Assembly: GCA_036378075.1 (NCBI GenBank)
Contig: DASUXE010000113.1
Span: forward strand, 1 to 29,178
Direction: 5' to 3'
Source: Gammaproteobacteria bacterium
GTDB taxonomy: Bacteria > Pseudomonadota > Gammaproteobacteria > Natronospirales > REEB76
DNA: 29,178 nucleotides
Of the stretch, positions 7,982 through 16,504 are shown one piece after another. Position 1 is the first letter of the stretch. Each line of letters opens with the position of its first letter. The notes under the pieces were generated by a model. The model did no database searches. It was not told where the DNA came from and worked only from the letters and a program-made list of their open reading frames with translations. Position numbers and translations under genes: made by a program.

Positions 7982-9874
7982 ATGGATTACCCCCAGCAAT
8001 TTGAAGTCATCGTGATCGGCGGCGGCCATGCCGGCACCGAGGCTGCACTCGCGGCCGCCCGCATGGGTGCGCGCACCCTGCTGCTGACCCACAACGTCGA
8101 AACCCTCGGCCAGATGAGCTGCAATCCCGCCATCGGCGGCATCGGCAAGGGTCACCTGGTCAAGGAGATTGATGCACTGGGCGGCGCCATGGCTCACGCC
8201 GCGGATCTGGCCGGGATCCAGTTCCGGATCCTCAATGCCAGCAAGGGCCCGGCAGTGCGCGCGACCCGTGCCCAAGCGGACCGAACCTTATATAGGAAAG
8301 CGATCCGGGGCTTCATCGAGAATCAGCCCAACCTCACCGTGTTCCAGCAGGCGGTCGACGATCTGGTGACGGAGGGCGAACGGGTGACCGGCGTTGTCAC
8401 CCAGATGGGCTTGCGCTTCTTCGCCCCGGCAGTGGTACTCACGGTTGGCACCTTTCTGGGCGGGCGTATTCATATCGGTCTCGAGAATCACGAGGGCGGC
8501 CGAGCCGGTGATCCACCTGCCAATCGTCTCGCCAGACGTCTGCGTGAATTGCCGTTCCGGGTCGGCCGGCTCAAGACCGGCACGCCGCCGCGCATCGACG
8601 GACGCAGCATCAATTACGACGATCTCGCCGCACAGCCGGGTGATGATCCCGTGCCAGTGTTTTCATTTACGGGTACGCGTAAACAACATCCACGGCAGGT
8701 CGTCTGCCACATCACGCATACCAACGCACGCACGCACGAGATCATCAAAAGCGGACTCGATCGTTCGCCGATGTATACAGGTGTAATCGAAGGCGTCGGT
8801 CCGCGCTATTGCCCTTCGGTGGAAGACAAGGTGATGCGTTTCGCGGACAAGGAGCGACATCAGATCTTCATCGAACCGGAAGGTCTCGATACCCATGAGG
8901 TGTATCCCAACGGAATCTCGACCAGCCTGCCGTTTGACGTGCAGTACCAATTGGTGCGCTCGATCAAGGGATTCGAAAACGCACACATCACACGGCCGGG
9001 TTATGCCATCGAATACGATTTCTTCGATCCCCGCGATCTCAAGTATTCACTGGAAACCAGATTCATTGCCGGTCTGTATCTGGCCGGTCAGATCAACGGC
9101 ACCACCGGCTATGAAGAAGCCGCCGCGCAGGGTCTGTTGGCCGGCATCAATGCCGCATTGGCGGTACAGCAGAAAACGCCGTGGTGGCCGACCCGCGACC
9201 AGGCCTATCTCGGCGTTCTGATCGATGACCTGATCACGCGCGGTGCACCGGAACCCTATCGCATGTTCACCAGCCGCGCCGAACACCGCCTGATGCTGCG
9301 CGAAGACAATGCCGATCTGCGTCTCACGGAAATCGGCCGAACACTGGGGCTGGTTGACGATACGCGCTGGCAGCGCTTCAGCGCAAAACGTGACGCCATA
9401 GAACGCGAAACAGCGCGGTTGAAGTCCATCATGGTGCGTACCGGTGACGTTACTGTCGAACAGGCCACGCATGTGTTCGGCGCGCCGTTGACCAAAGAAA
9501 CCTGTGCACTCGATTTGCTGCGTCGTCCGCAAGTCGATTACGAAGAACTTGTATCGCTTCCCTGTGTCGGCAAGGCCGATTTGAATCCGGAGGTAACCGA
9601 ACAAGTGACCATTCAGGTGCGCTATGCCGGTTACGTCGAACGCCAGCGCGATGAAGTGGCACGGGCCAAGCGTCAGGAAGACACACCGATCCCGGAACAA
9701 TTCGATTTCGCTGCGGTGCGCGGCCTGTCCAACGAGGTGCGACAGAAACTCATGCAGGTCCGACCGCAAACGCTGGGACAGGCCGCACGCATTCCGGGGG
9801 TGACCCCGGCCGCGATCTCACTGCTGCTGGTGCATCTGAAAAAACGGCAGGTTCCCCTGTCACAAAGCGCGTGA
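7982..9874 (+). CDS. mnmG: tRNA uridine-5-carboxymethylaminomethyl(34) synthesis enzyme MnmG (GidA)
   Basis: GGGHAG FAD motif, '[15 protein letters not shown]', '[11 protein letters not shown]', '[17 protein letters not shown]', '[13 protein letters not shown]', C-terminal 'IPGVTPAA'. 630 aa. Confidence 0.99.
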   Translation: MDYPQQFEVIVIGGGHAGTEAALAAARMGARTLLLTHNVETLGQMSCNPAIGGIGKGHLVKEIDALGGAMAHAADLAGIQFRILNASKGPAVRATRAQADRTLYRKAIRGFIENQPNLTVFQQAVDDLVTEGERVTGVVTQMGLRFFAPAVVLTVGTFLGGRIHIGLENHEGGRAGDPPANRLARRLRELPFRVGRLKTGTPPRIDGRSINYDDLAAQPGDDPVPVFSFTGTRKQHPRQVVCHITHTNARTHEIIKSGLDRSPMYTGVIEGVGPRYCPSVEDKVMRFADKERHQIFIEPEGLDTHEVYPNGISTSLPFDVQYQLVRSIKGFENAHITRPGYAIEYDFFDPRDLKYSLETRFIAGLYLAGQINGTTGYEEAAAQGLLAGINAALAVQQKTPWWPTRDQAYLGVLIDDLITRGAPEPYRMFTSRAEHRLMLREDNADLRLTEIGRTLGLVDDTRWQRFSAKRDAIERETARLKSIMVRTGDVTVEQATHVFGAPLTKETCALDLLRRPQVDYEELVSLPCVGKADLNPEVTEQVTIQVRYAGYVERQRDEVARAKRQEDTPIPEQFDFAAVRGLSNEVRQKLMQVRPQTLGQAARIPGVTPAAISLLLVHLKKRQVPLSQSA

Positions 9875-10642
9875 ATGGCGGCTTTAACCACCGTGATTGA
9901 TTTCATGGCTTCCATGAATTTTCTCGACTGGTGGCTGCTGACCGTTATCCTGGCACTTGCCGAGGTGTTTGTGTTGCGCGGCTGGTTGCTGGGACTTGCG
10001 ATCGCGACCGGCATCACCGGGTTTGTGCTGATGTTATTTCCGCAGTTGGCCTGGCCGTGGCAGGTGTTGATCTTCGGCGTCGTCGGTGTTGCCGGCATTG
10101 CCCGGCACTGGCGCAGGCGCGCAAAATCCGTTCCTGGTTCCGCACACAGCATGCAAGAGGACACCGTTATGAGCAGCTTTCATGATTTCGAGATCAAAAC
10201 AATTGACGGCAAAGCCAGGCCATTGAGAGATTTCAAGGGCGAAGCGGTACTGGTAGTGAACGTTGCCAGCGAGTGCGGCCTGACGCCCCAATACGCCGGG
10301 CTTGAACAATTGCAACGCGAATTCAAGGACCAGGGGTTCACGGTGCTGGGGTTGCCCTGCAACCAGTTCGGCGCCCAGGAGCCGGGCACCGAAGCCCAGA
10401 TCCAGCAGTTCTGCAGCACGAAATTTGACGTGAGCTTCCCGCTGACGAGCAAGATCGAGGTGAACGGCGCCGGCGCGCATCCCTTATATAAATGGCTCAA
10501 GGACCAAACCGGCGGTGCAGATATTCAATGGAACTTCGAAAAATTCCTGATCGGCAAGGATGGCCGGGTCATCAAGCGTTATTCGCCCAAAACCGTGCCT
10601 GAAGATGCGGGCTTGCGGGCTGACATCGCTGCGGCGCTGTAA
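9875..10642 (+). CDS. NfeD/YbbJ-like membrane segment fused in frame to a Cys-type glutathione peroxidase (GPx alone would be 10169-10642)
   Basis: Residues 1-83 are YbbJ-like ('WWLLTVILALAEV...WPWQVLIF'). From M99 the GPx motifs NVASECG, PCNQFGAQEPG and WNFEKFL appear. Internal SD AGAGGA at 10156-10161. Confidence 0.82.
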   Translation: MAALTTVIDFMASMNFLDWWLLTVILALAEVFVLRGWLLGLAIATGITGFVLMLFPQLAWPWQVLIFGVVGVAGIARHWRRRAKSVPGSAHSMQEDTVMSSFHDFEIKTIDGKARPLRDFKGEAVLVVNVASECGLTPQYAGLEQLQREFKDQGFTVLGLPCNQFGAQEPGTEAQIQQFCSTKFDVSFPLTSKIEVNGAGAHPLYKWLKDQTGGADIQWNFEKFLIGKDGRVIKRYSPKTVPEDAGLRADIAAAL

Positions 10643-10792
10643 ATTGCTGGTGTGTGGCTGCAAGCCTGAAATATCCGGACGGCAGGCACGGTCCTGAGCA
10701 GACAGGGCTCTCGTTGCATCCGCATCCGGCGTGCCCTGCCGGACGTATCTGATGTTGAAACCACCGACACCCGGTTTTGGGAAATAATCCAT

Positions 10793-11695
10793 ATGAATAC
10801 CATTTATTTCGTTCGTCTTGCGATAGCGGCGGCAGTACTCGCAACTTGCGTGACTGCTTTCGCGGCTGAGCCTCCGGCTGGCAGCGTGGTGACTGCTGTG
10901 CAGTCGCCAGCCTGGCTGGTGCAGGGCGGCCTCACCACCCCGCTCAAACCCGGTGCACTGATTGCGGACGGTGACAGTCTGCGCACCGGTAGCGGCGGGC
11001 GCGTGTATCTCGCGCTGCCTGAACACAGCATGGTTAAGCTCGGCGAAAACACCGAACTTGCCACGCCAGCGATGGACATGATGCACGATGCCCAGGGCAG
11101 CGTGTTCAAAGGCGCGCTGCATATTCTCAAGGGTGTATTCCGATTCACCACCGATCTGATCGGCAAAGCGCAGCGACGGCATGTCGACATCCAGGTCGGC
11201 ACGGCAACCATCGGCATTCGCGGCACCGATGTCTGGGGTCGTGCCGGCAGTGACGGCGATCTGGTGGCGCTGCTGGAAGGTAAAGCCGAGATGCTTGCAC
11301 CCGGTCACGCGATGATGATGATGGACCAGCCGATGCATTACATGATGATGCCCAAAACCGGCAGCATGCAGATGAACATGCCGGTTACGCATGCCAGGCT
11401 GACGGACTGGGCTGCGCAAACCGATGTCCGTTCCGGCGACGGCGTGTTGATCCGCGACGGTCACTGGGTCGTGGCGCTGATTTCATCCACCGACGAACGC
11501 GATGCCACACGCCTGATGCACAAACTCTCGGTGGCCGGTTATCCATCGGAAGACACCCCGGTACAGTTTCGCGGCAGGCAATGGTACCGGCTGGTGATCC
11601 GTCAGGTCGCCAGTTACCGGGATGCGCGTGCCCTGGCGCAACGCCTGGGCAAGTTGTATCCGCTGATGAATCCCTGGGTATTCAAGGCGCCCTGA
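10793..11695 (+). CDS. Secreted FecR-like domain protein with a Met/His-rich insert and a C-terminal SPOR-like domain
   Basis: Signal peptide ('TAFA-AE'). FecR-like 'GDSLRTGSGGRVYL...KLGENTEL...G.FRF...TATIGIRGT'. SPOR-like 'WVVALISS...KLSVAGYP...WYRLVIRQ.ASY.DA'. Confidence 0.75.
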   Translation: MNTIYFVRLAIAAAVLATCVTAFAAEPPAGSVVTAVQSPAWLVQGGLTTPLKPGALIADGDSLRTGSGGRVYLALPEHSMVKLGENTELATPAMDMMHDAQGSVFKGALHILKGVFRFTTDLIGKAQRRHVDIQVGTATIGIRGTDVWGRAGSDGDLVALLEGKAEMLAPGHAMMMMDQPMHYMMMPKTGSMQMNMPVTHARLTDWAAQTDVRSGDGVLIRDGHWVVALISSTDERDATRLMHKLSVAGYPSEDTPVQFRGRQWYRLVIRQVASYRDARALAQRLGKLYPLMNPWVFKAP

Positions 11696-11728
11696 TTCTG
11701 GCCTTCGTGTGTCAGCTTGATAGAATGA

Positions 11729-11748
11729 CCGGACCTCATGAGGTCCGG
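11729..11748. promoter_or_regulatory. Perfect 20-bp palindrome just after an extended -10
   Basis: CCGGACCTCA-TGAGGTCCGG follows TG-A-TAGAAT (11718-11726) and contains the probable SD (GAGG) of the MBL gene. Confidence 0.45.
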
Positions 11749-11753
11749 CCATC

Positions 11754-12704
11754 GTGAACAGTCCCTCGCTGCTTGAATTCGGACATGGCATCACCGCCAT
11801 TGATACCGATTACGTGCGTCCGTTGCTGGATGCCAGCCATCTGATCGTGCGTAATGGACGTGCGGCGTTCGTGGATACCGGGACCACGCATTCAGTACCC
11901 AACCTGCTCGCGACGCTGGAACAGAAAGGGATCGATTCTGCGGCAGTCGATTACGTGCTGTTGACTCACGTGCATCTCGATCATGCCGGCGGTGCCGGCG
12001 AACTGATGCGGCATCTGCCCAACGCCCGGGCGCTGGTACATCCACGTGGCGCCGCTCACATCATCGATCCATCGAAATTGATCGCGGGCACCAAAGCCGT
12101 GTACGGTGCTGACGAATTTGCGCGCCTCTACGGCGAGATCCCGCCGATACCGGCTGAGCGCGTGCTGACAGTGAACGACGACATGCGCATGCCGCTCGGC
12201 AGTTCCGAATTGCAATTCATCCATACCCCGGGTCACGCGCTGCATCATTACAGCATCGTCGATGCAGACAGCGGCGGCGTGTTTACTGGCGATACCTTCG
12301 GCATTTCCTATCGCATATTCGATACCGCACAGGGTGCTTTCATCTTTCCGGCCACCACTCCGGTGCATTTCGATCCGGAGCAAGCGCATATGTCACTGGA
12401 TCGCATCATGTCATTCGAACCGGAGGCCTGTTTTCTGACTCACTACAGTCGCGTCACCGAACTGCAGCGACTCGCCGAAGATATGCACCGCGGAATCGAC
12501 ACGCTGGTGGCGATGGCAAAATCCAGCATGCCCAGCGCGGATCGCATCGCTGACATGAAGCCGAAGATTCACAAATGGCTGGTGCAGGCTGTGCGCGCAC
12601 ACGGCTGCATGCTGGACCAGAACACTGTCGATACCTGGTTGAGCATGGATGTGGATCTCAACGCCAAGGGGCTGGCGGTGTGGCTAGATCGAGTCTCTGA
12701 CTGA
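11754..12704 (+). CDS. MBL-fold metallo-hydrolase
   Basis: THVHLDHAGG (HxHxDH), 'HTPGHALHH', 'FTGDTFG', 'LTHYS'. GTG start. Confidence 0.92.
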   Translation: MNSPSLLEFGHGITAIDTDYVRPLLDASHLIVRNGRAAFVDTGTTHSVPNLLATLEQKGIDSAAVDYVLLTHVHLDHAGGAGELMRHLPNARALVHPRGAAHIIDPSKLIAGTKAVYGADEFARLYGEIPPIPAERVLTVNDDMRMPLGSSELQFIHTPGHALHHYSIVDADSGGVFTGDTFGISYRIFDTAQGAFIFPATTPVHFDPEQAHMSLDRIMSFEPEACFLTHYSRVTELQRLAEDMHRGIDTLVAMAKSSMPSADRIADMKPKIHKWLVQAVRAHGCMLDQNTVDTWLSMDVDLNAKGLAVWLDRVSD

Positions 12705-13025
12705 ATGACCCGCATCACCGGGTGCAACGTGCGGCTACCGTGAGCGGCACGGATAATACTACTTCCCATAATCGCGCATTCCATTTTTAAAGTTTCGTTG
12801 CTCGATCCCTGACTTTACGTAAGCGACCGATACATAACTGAAAGATTCACAGTCTTGTTGCCGGGATTGCGAATCGCGTCACGATAATATTTCTATTTAC
12901 TTATTACCTTTCTCCCATAAGACAGATTCCAAACCCGTCTTTTCAAGACCCGGGAATGGTCTGCCTTTCAGCGCCGTAAAACAGATAATCAAATACGGCC
13001 GAATCAAATTCCGGGAGACACCACT

Positions 13026-14468
13026 ATGTCCGGTCAAACATTTCTGACGCTCTGGTCCAGCTCGCCCACGGTATCCGCCGTGATCTGGCTGGTGTTGCTG
13101 ATTGTCGTGTTGTACGTGGCACGCGAGCCGGCACACCAGCTGCTGCGGAATCTGGGCGGTTTTATCTATCGCGGGATGCGTCTGGCGGCAAAGGCTTTGA
13201 TGCGCACATCGGAGCGTCTCAATGAACGCAATCGCGAAGTCATGCTGGTGCAGGCGCGTGAACACCAGGTCCAGCGATTGCAGCGCGAGTTTGAAAGGGT
13301 GGCGGGGTATGTAAACCACGACCTGAGCGCCTACCCCGCACTCAATCGCCAGTTGAGCGAGATGGGCGCCCGGGTCGAGGAAGATTTCCAGCGCTCCGGA
13401 GAAGTGCCACCGATGCCGCCACCGTGGGTGGACGCGGTGAATTCCATCGCCAAGATTCCGGCTAATGGTGATCCCATGATCGGCACCATTCTGCGCAACG
13501 TGCAGGACATGCTGGACAAGTCCAGCAAGGATGTGGTCGGGGCGTACCGCAAGGCGGCAGGCAAGCGGCATGAATTGCTGCAGCGCATGCTGCCGATGTG
13601 GCGTTACATGAACCGCAAGCTGGAAAGCCTGGAAAAGATGTTCGCCGGACTCGGTGAACGGACCCAGAAGATCGACAATCAGATCGCCCGGCTTGAAGAG
13701 ATCATCGACGGCACTGATCATGTCGAGGAGACCCTGAAATCCTCGGCGGTGACCCAGTTCTTCGTCGCCACCCTGCTGCTTGCCATTACCATCGTCGGCG
13801 GCGTGATCAACTTCAACCTGATTGCCATGCCGATGTCCGAGATGGTGGGCGGGGCCAGCTATATCGGGCCGTTCCACGCTTCCGACGTGGCGGCATTGAT
13901 GCTGGTTGCGATGGAGGTGTCGGTCGGCGTATTCCTGATGGACTCGTTGCGCTTTACCCACCTGTTTCCGGCCATCGCAACCATGGAAGACAAGGTGCGC
14001 CGCCGCGTGTTCCTGCTGATGCTGGTGTTCCTTACCGTGCTGGCCTGCATCGAATCAAGCCTCGGCTTCATGCGCAATCTGCTGGCGGCCGACAAGGAGG
14101 CGCTGATTCAGCAGCTCGCCGGCGGTGCAGTTACCGCGAGCGCCGCGTTTCAGTATCGCTGGTTGCCGTCGCTGGCACAGATGGTGTTGGGCTTCATCCT
14201 GCCGTTCCTGCTCGCCTGGGCCGCGATTCCGTTGGAAATGTTCGTGCATTCCGGCCGCACGGTGAGTGGACTGGTCAGCTCATCGGTGCTGCGGGTCAGT
14301 GCATTTGGTTTGCGCCTGGTGGGGAACATTGTCGAATCCGCGAGCCGCTTGCTGATCGCGTTCTATGACACGCTGGTGTCACCCATGTTGCTGGCGGAAC
14401 GCTGGATTCGCGGCTTGCGCGCCAACCATGAGCAGAGTCACAAGCAGAACCAGAAGAAAACCGCGTGA
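13026..14468 (+). CDS. Uncharacterised polytopic membrane protein with a long coiled-coil domain
   Basis: 480 aa with SD GGGAG. One N-terminal TM helix, about 200 aa of charged helical region with a Pro hinge (VPPMPPPW), four further hydrophobic segments, then an amphipathic C-terminus. Confidence 0.8.
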   Translation: MSGQTFLTLWSSSPTVSAVIWLVLLIVVLYVAREPAHQLLRNLGGFIYRGMRLAAKALMRTSERLNERNREVMLVQAREHQVQRLQREFERVAGYVNHDLSAYPALNRQLSEMGARVEEDFQRSGEVPPMPPPWVDAVNSIAKIPANGDPMIGTILRNVQDMLDKSSKDVVGAYRKAAGKRHELLQRMLPMWRYMNRKLESLEKMFAGLGERTQKIDNQIARLEEIIDGTDHVEETLKSSAVTQFFVATLLLAITIVGGVINFNLIAMPMSEMVGGASYIGPFHASDVAALMLVAMEVSVGVFLMDSLRFTHLFPAIATMEDKVRRRVFLLMLVFLTVLACIESSLGFMRNLLAADKEALIQQLAGGAVTASAAFQYRWLPSLAQMVLGFILPFLLAWAAIPLEMFVHSGRTVSGLVSSSVLRVSAFGLRLVGNIVESASRLLIAFYDTLVSPMLLAERWIRGLRANHEQSHKQNQKKTA

Positions 14469-14478
14469 GGAGGTTGTC

Positions 14479-15129
14479 ATGCGCCGCCTGATCGTACTTT
14501 CCATTACCGCGCTGGTTCTGCTGTTCGCCGGTTGCAGCGAAACCGGCGGCAGGCACGCGCGCGCAGTGTACGTGCTGCTCGACGTGTCGCAGAGCTACAG
14601 CAACAAACTCGATGCCGCCAATTCGGTAATCAACTATCTGCTCGGTACCCTGGTGAGCGGCGATTCGCTGACGGTTGCCAGTATCGACAGTGCCAGTTTT
14701 ACCGAAAAGGACATCGTTACCAAGGTCACCTTCGACGATCGCCCATCCGTGGCCAATGAACAGAAGCGCGCGCTGCGCGCACGCCTGAATCAGTTCTTCA
14801 GCAACCTGCATCCCAGCGACAGGACCGATGTCAGCGGTGCCTTGTTGCAGGCGGCTCAGGATCTTGATGAAAGCGGCGCGGGTCACCGCTATATCCTCGT
14901 GTTCTCGGATCTGGAACAGGATCTGCCGAAAGGCTACGTGCGCAAATCACGCCTGCCTCTCGACGGCACCCAGGTAATTGCTGTGGACGTGACCAAACTG
15001 CATTCGGACAACGTCAATCCGCAGAATTACCTTGACCGGCTCCAGCACTGGAAACAGGTGGTCACCAAGGACGGCGGTCAGTGGCTGGTGGTCAACGACA
15101 TGAACCACCTGGACCGGATATTCAACTGA
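14479..15129 (+). CDS. vWA-like (MIDAS) domain lipoprotein
   Basis: SD GAGGAGG and lipobox LFAGC (C19). 'VYVLLDVSQSY' gives DxSxS, followed by 'RTD' and 'ILVFSD'. Starts 10 nt after the upstream stop. Confidence 0.8.
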   Translation: MRRLIVLSITALVLLFAGCSETGGRHARAVYVLLDVSQSYSNKLDAANSVINYLLGTLVSGDSLTVASIDSASFTEKDIVTKVTFDDRPSVANEQKRALRARLNQFFSNLHPSDRTDVSGALLQAAQDLDESGAGHRYILVFSDLEQDLPKGYVRKSRLPLDGTQVIAVDVTKLHSDNVNPQNYLDRLQHWKQVVTKDGGQWLVVNDMNHLDRIFN

Positions 15130-15144
15130 ATAGCGTCGATCCGG

Positions 15145-15717
15145 TTACGCCATCGCACCCGTCTGCGGATCACCGGCGGGCGCGGTGGCGCGGCTCTTGA
15201 GTATCACGTTGACGTAATAGCAGATGTAGTATCCGGCCAGCAGGAAATAGATTCCGAGCGTGAGCGGACTGCGCTGATAGGCCGCGAACGGGGAGGCCTG
15301 CAATTGGGGGTTCTGCGCCGCCTGCTGGGCGGCACTGTGGATGGCAGGATAGATCACCGTGAAGCGGTAAATAAGCCGGCCGATAAGCAATGCCGTCACC
15401 CCCATGCCGATATAGCCATTGGGCGTATAGAAGCGGCCTTCGGGCGTGGTTTCGAATCGGGTATGTGCAAGAGCATAGAACCCCAGACCGATTCCAATCA
15501 CGACACCGATTGCTGCAGCGACCAGGCTCATGCTGGTGCGGAACGGCGAGACCAGCAACAACACACAGACCAGCGCCAGGATCACCACCCGTATCCACAT
15601 GGCGGTCGGACGCAGCCGCTGGCGGCCGATGTTGCGGCGAAAGCGCCGGTACAGTACGAACAGCACCAGGGCGCCGATCAGAACGGTGTTGAGCAAGCCT
15701 GCGGCAGTCGGATGCAT
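15145..15717 (-). CDS. DUF1453/CcdC-like membrane protein
   Basis: 'LYRRFRRNIGRQRL', 'LAHTRFE...YTPNGYIG...LLIGRLIYR' and several TM segments. SD-like AAGGGGG before the ATG at 15717. Confidence 0.72.
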   Translation of the reverse strand: MHPTAAGLLNTVLIGALVLFVLYRRFRRNIGRQRLRPTAMWIRVVILALVCVLLLVSPFRTSMSLVAAAIGVVIGIGLGFYALAHTRFETTPEGRFYTPNGYIGMGVTALLIGRLIYRFTVIYPAIHSAAQQAAQNPQLQASPFAAYQRSPLTLGIYFLLAGYYICYYVNVILKSRATAPAGDPQTGAMA

Positions 15718-15784
15718 GGTTTGGTTTCCCCCTTGTTTGTCCGGACTATACTCTAACATCGCCCGGTGAATTGGTATTTAAAAC

Positions 15785-16504
15785 TTAATCCCGGTCGCGT
15801 ATTACGAGTTCCAGACCATCCGGTGTCGCGATCTGAATCGCCGATGCGCCATCGTGGTCCCGTTGCCGCCGGAACGGAATGCCGCGTGTCTCGAGTAATT
15901 GCAACAACACTTCCGGCTGTTCGTTGATGAACACCAGCTGTGGCGGTGTGCGTGCGCCGCGCACCTGCATGCCCAGATTGAGCCCGCTGCGCGCCACTTG
16001 TGCGTAGTGTGCCGGTGGTTCGTTTACCACTGCCGCCACCATGCCCATGCGTTCCCAGAAGTCGCAGCTGGACTTGCAGTCACGGACGCCGATGCGGTAT
16101 TCGAGAAAATAGCCGCATGCGGAATCGCCAAATCCGGCACGCAGCGGCGAATAGGTGCGCGCCTCCAGTAACGTAATCATCTGTTGATCCGGGTCGGTGA
16201 AACCGGCTTCATTGAATTCGTCATCAGCGAGTTTGCAGAAGGCGAATTCAATGCCGAGCTGTTCAAAGCCGGCAAGCTTGGCGCGCAGATCGGGCAGCAC
16301 GAAGGTCAGGGACGGCGACGGGAATTCGTATTGGTGCAATCCCAGCGCCACCCGGCCGTCGGTCAGGACCGCATAGGGATGCCGCCAGGTCTCGCCGACC
16401 GGCGCATGCCGGAAACCCAGCCGTTCGTAAAATTCTATCGAGGCCAGGATCTCCGCGGTCGAGACGCTGATTTCGAGAAAATCGCCAAGCATCGGCGCGC
16501 TCAT
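15785..16504 (-). CDS. Tandem VOC-fold-like hypothetical protein, translationally coupled to hemH
   Basis: Two similar halves: 'FLEISV...SIEFYERLGF' and 'FLEYRI...SCDFWERMGM'. Its ATG (16504) overlaps the hemH stop (ATGA). The longer ORF-track N-terminus lies inside hemH. Confidence 0.68.
   Translation of the reverse strand: MSAPMLGDFLEISVSTAEILASIEFYERLGFRHAPVGETWRHPYAVLTDGRVALGLHQYEFPSPSLTFVLPDLRAKLAGFEQLGIEFAFCKLADDEFNEAGFTDPDQQMITLLEARTYSPLRAGFGDSACGYFLEYRIGVRDCKSSCDFWERMGMVAAVVNEPPAHYAQVARSGLNLGMQVRGARTPPQLVFINEQPEVLLQLLETRGIPFRRQRDHDGASAIQIATPDGLELVIRDRD

Noticed and set aside
10274-10276. Possible selenocysteine glutathione peroxidase
   Set aside because: The catalytic codon is TGC (Cys) and there is no in-frame TGA.
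11310-11350. (ATG)n triplet runs as a tandem repeat or contingency locus
   Set aside because: The runs are short (3-4 units), in frame and encode the Met tract. Unit changes would not shift the frame. Reported as a protein feature instead.
12705-13025. Riboswitch (e.g. c-di-GMP), sigma54 promoter or CRP site in the long intergenic region
   Set aside because: I could not match any consensus: the GG/GC spacing for sigma54 fails and only one CRP half-site (TCACA) is present. An Rfam scan would be needed to exclude an RNA motif fully.
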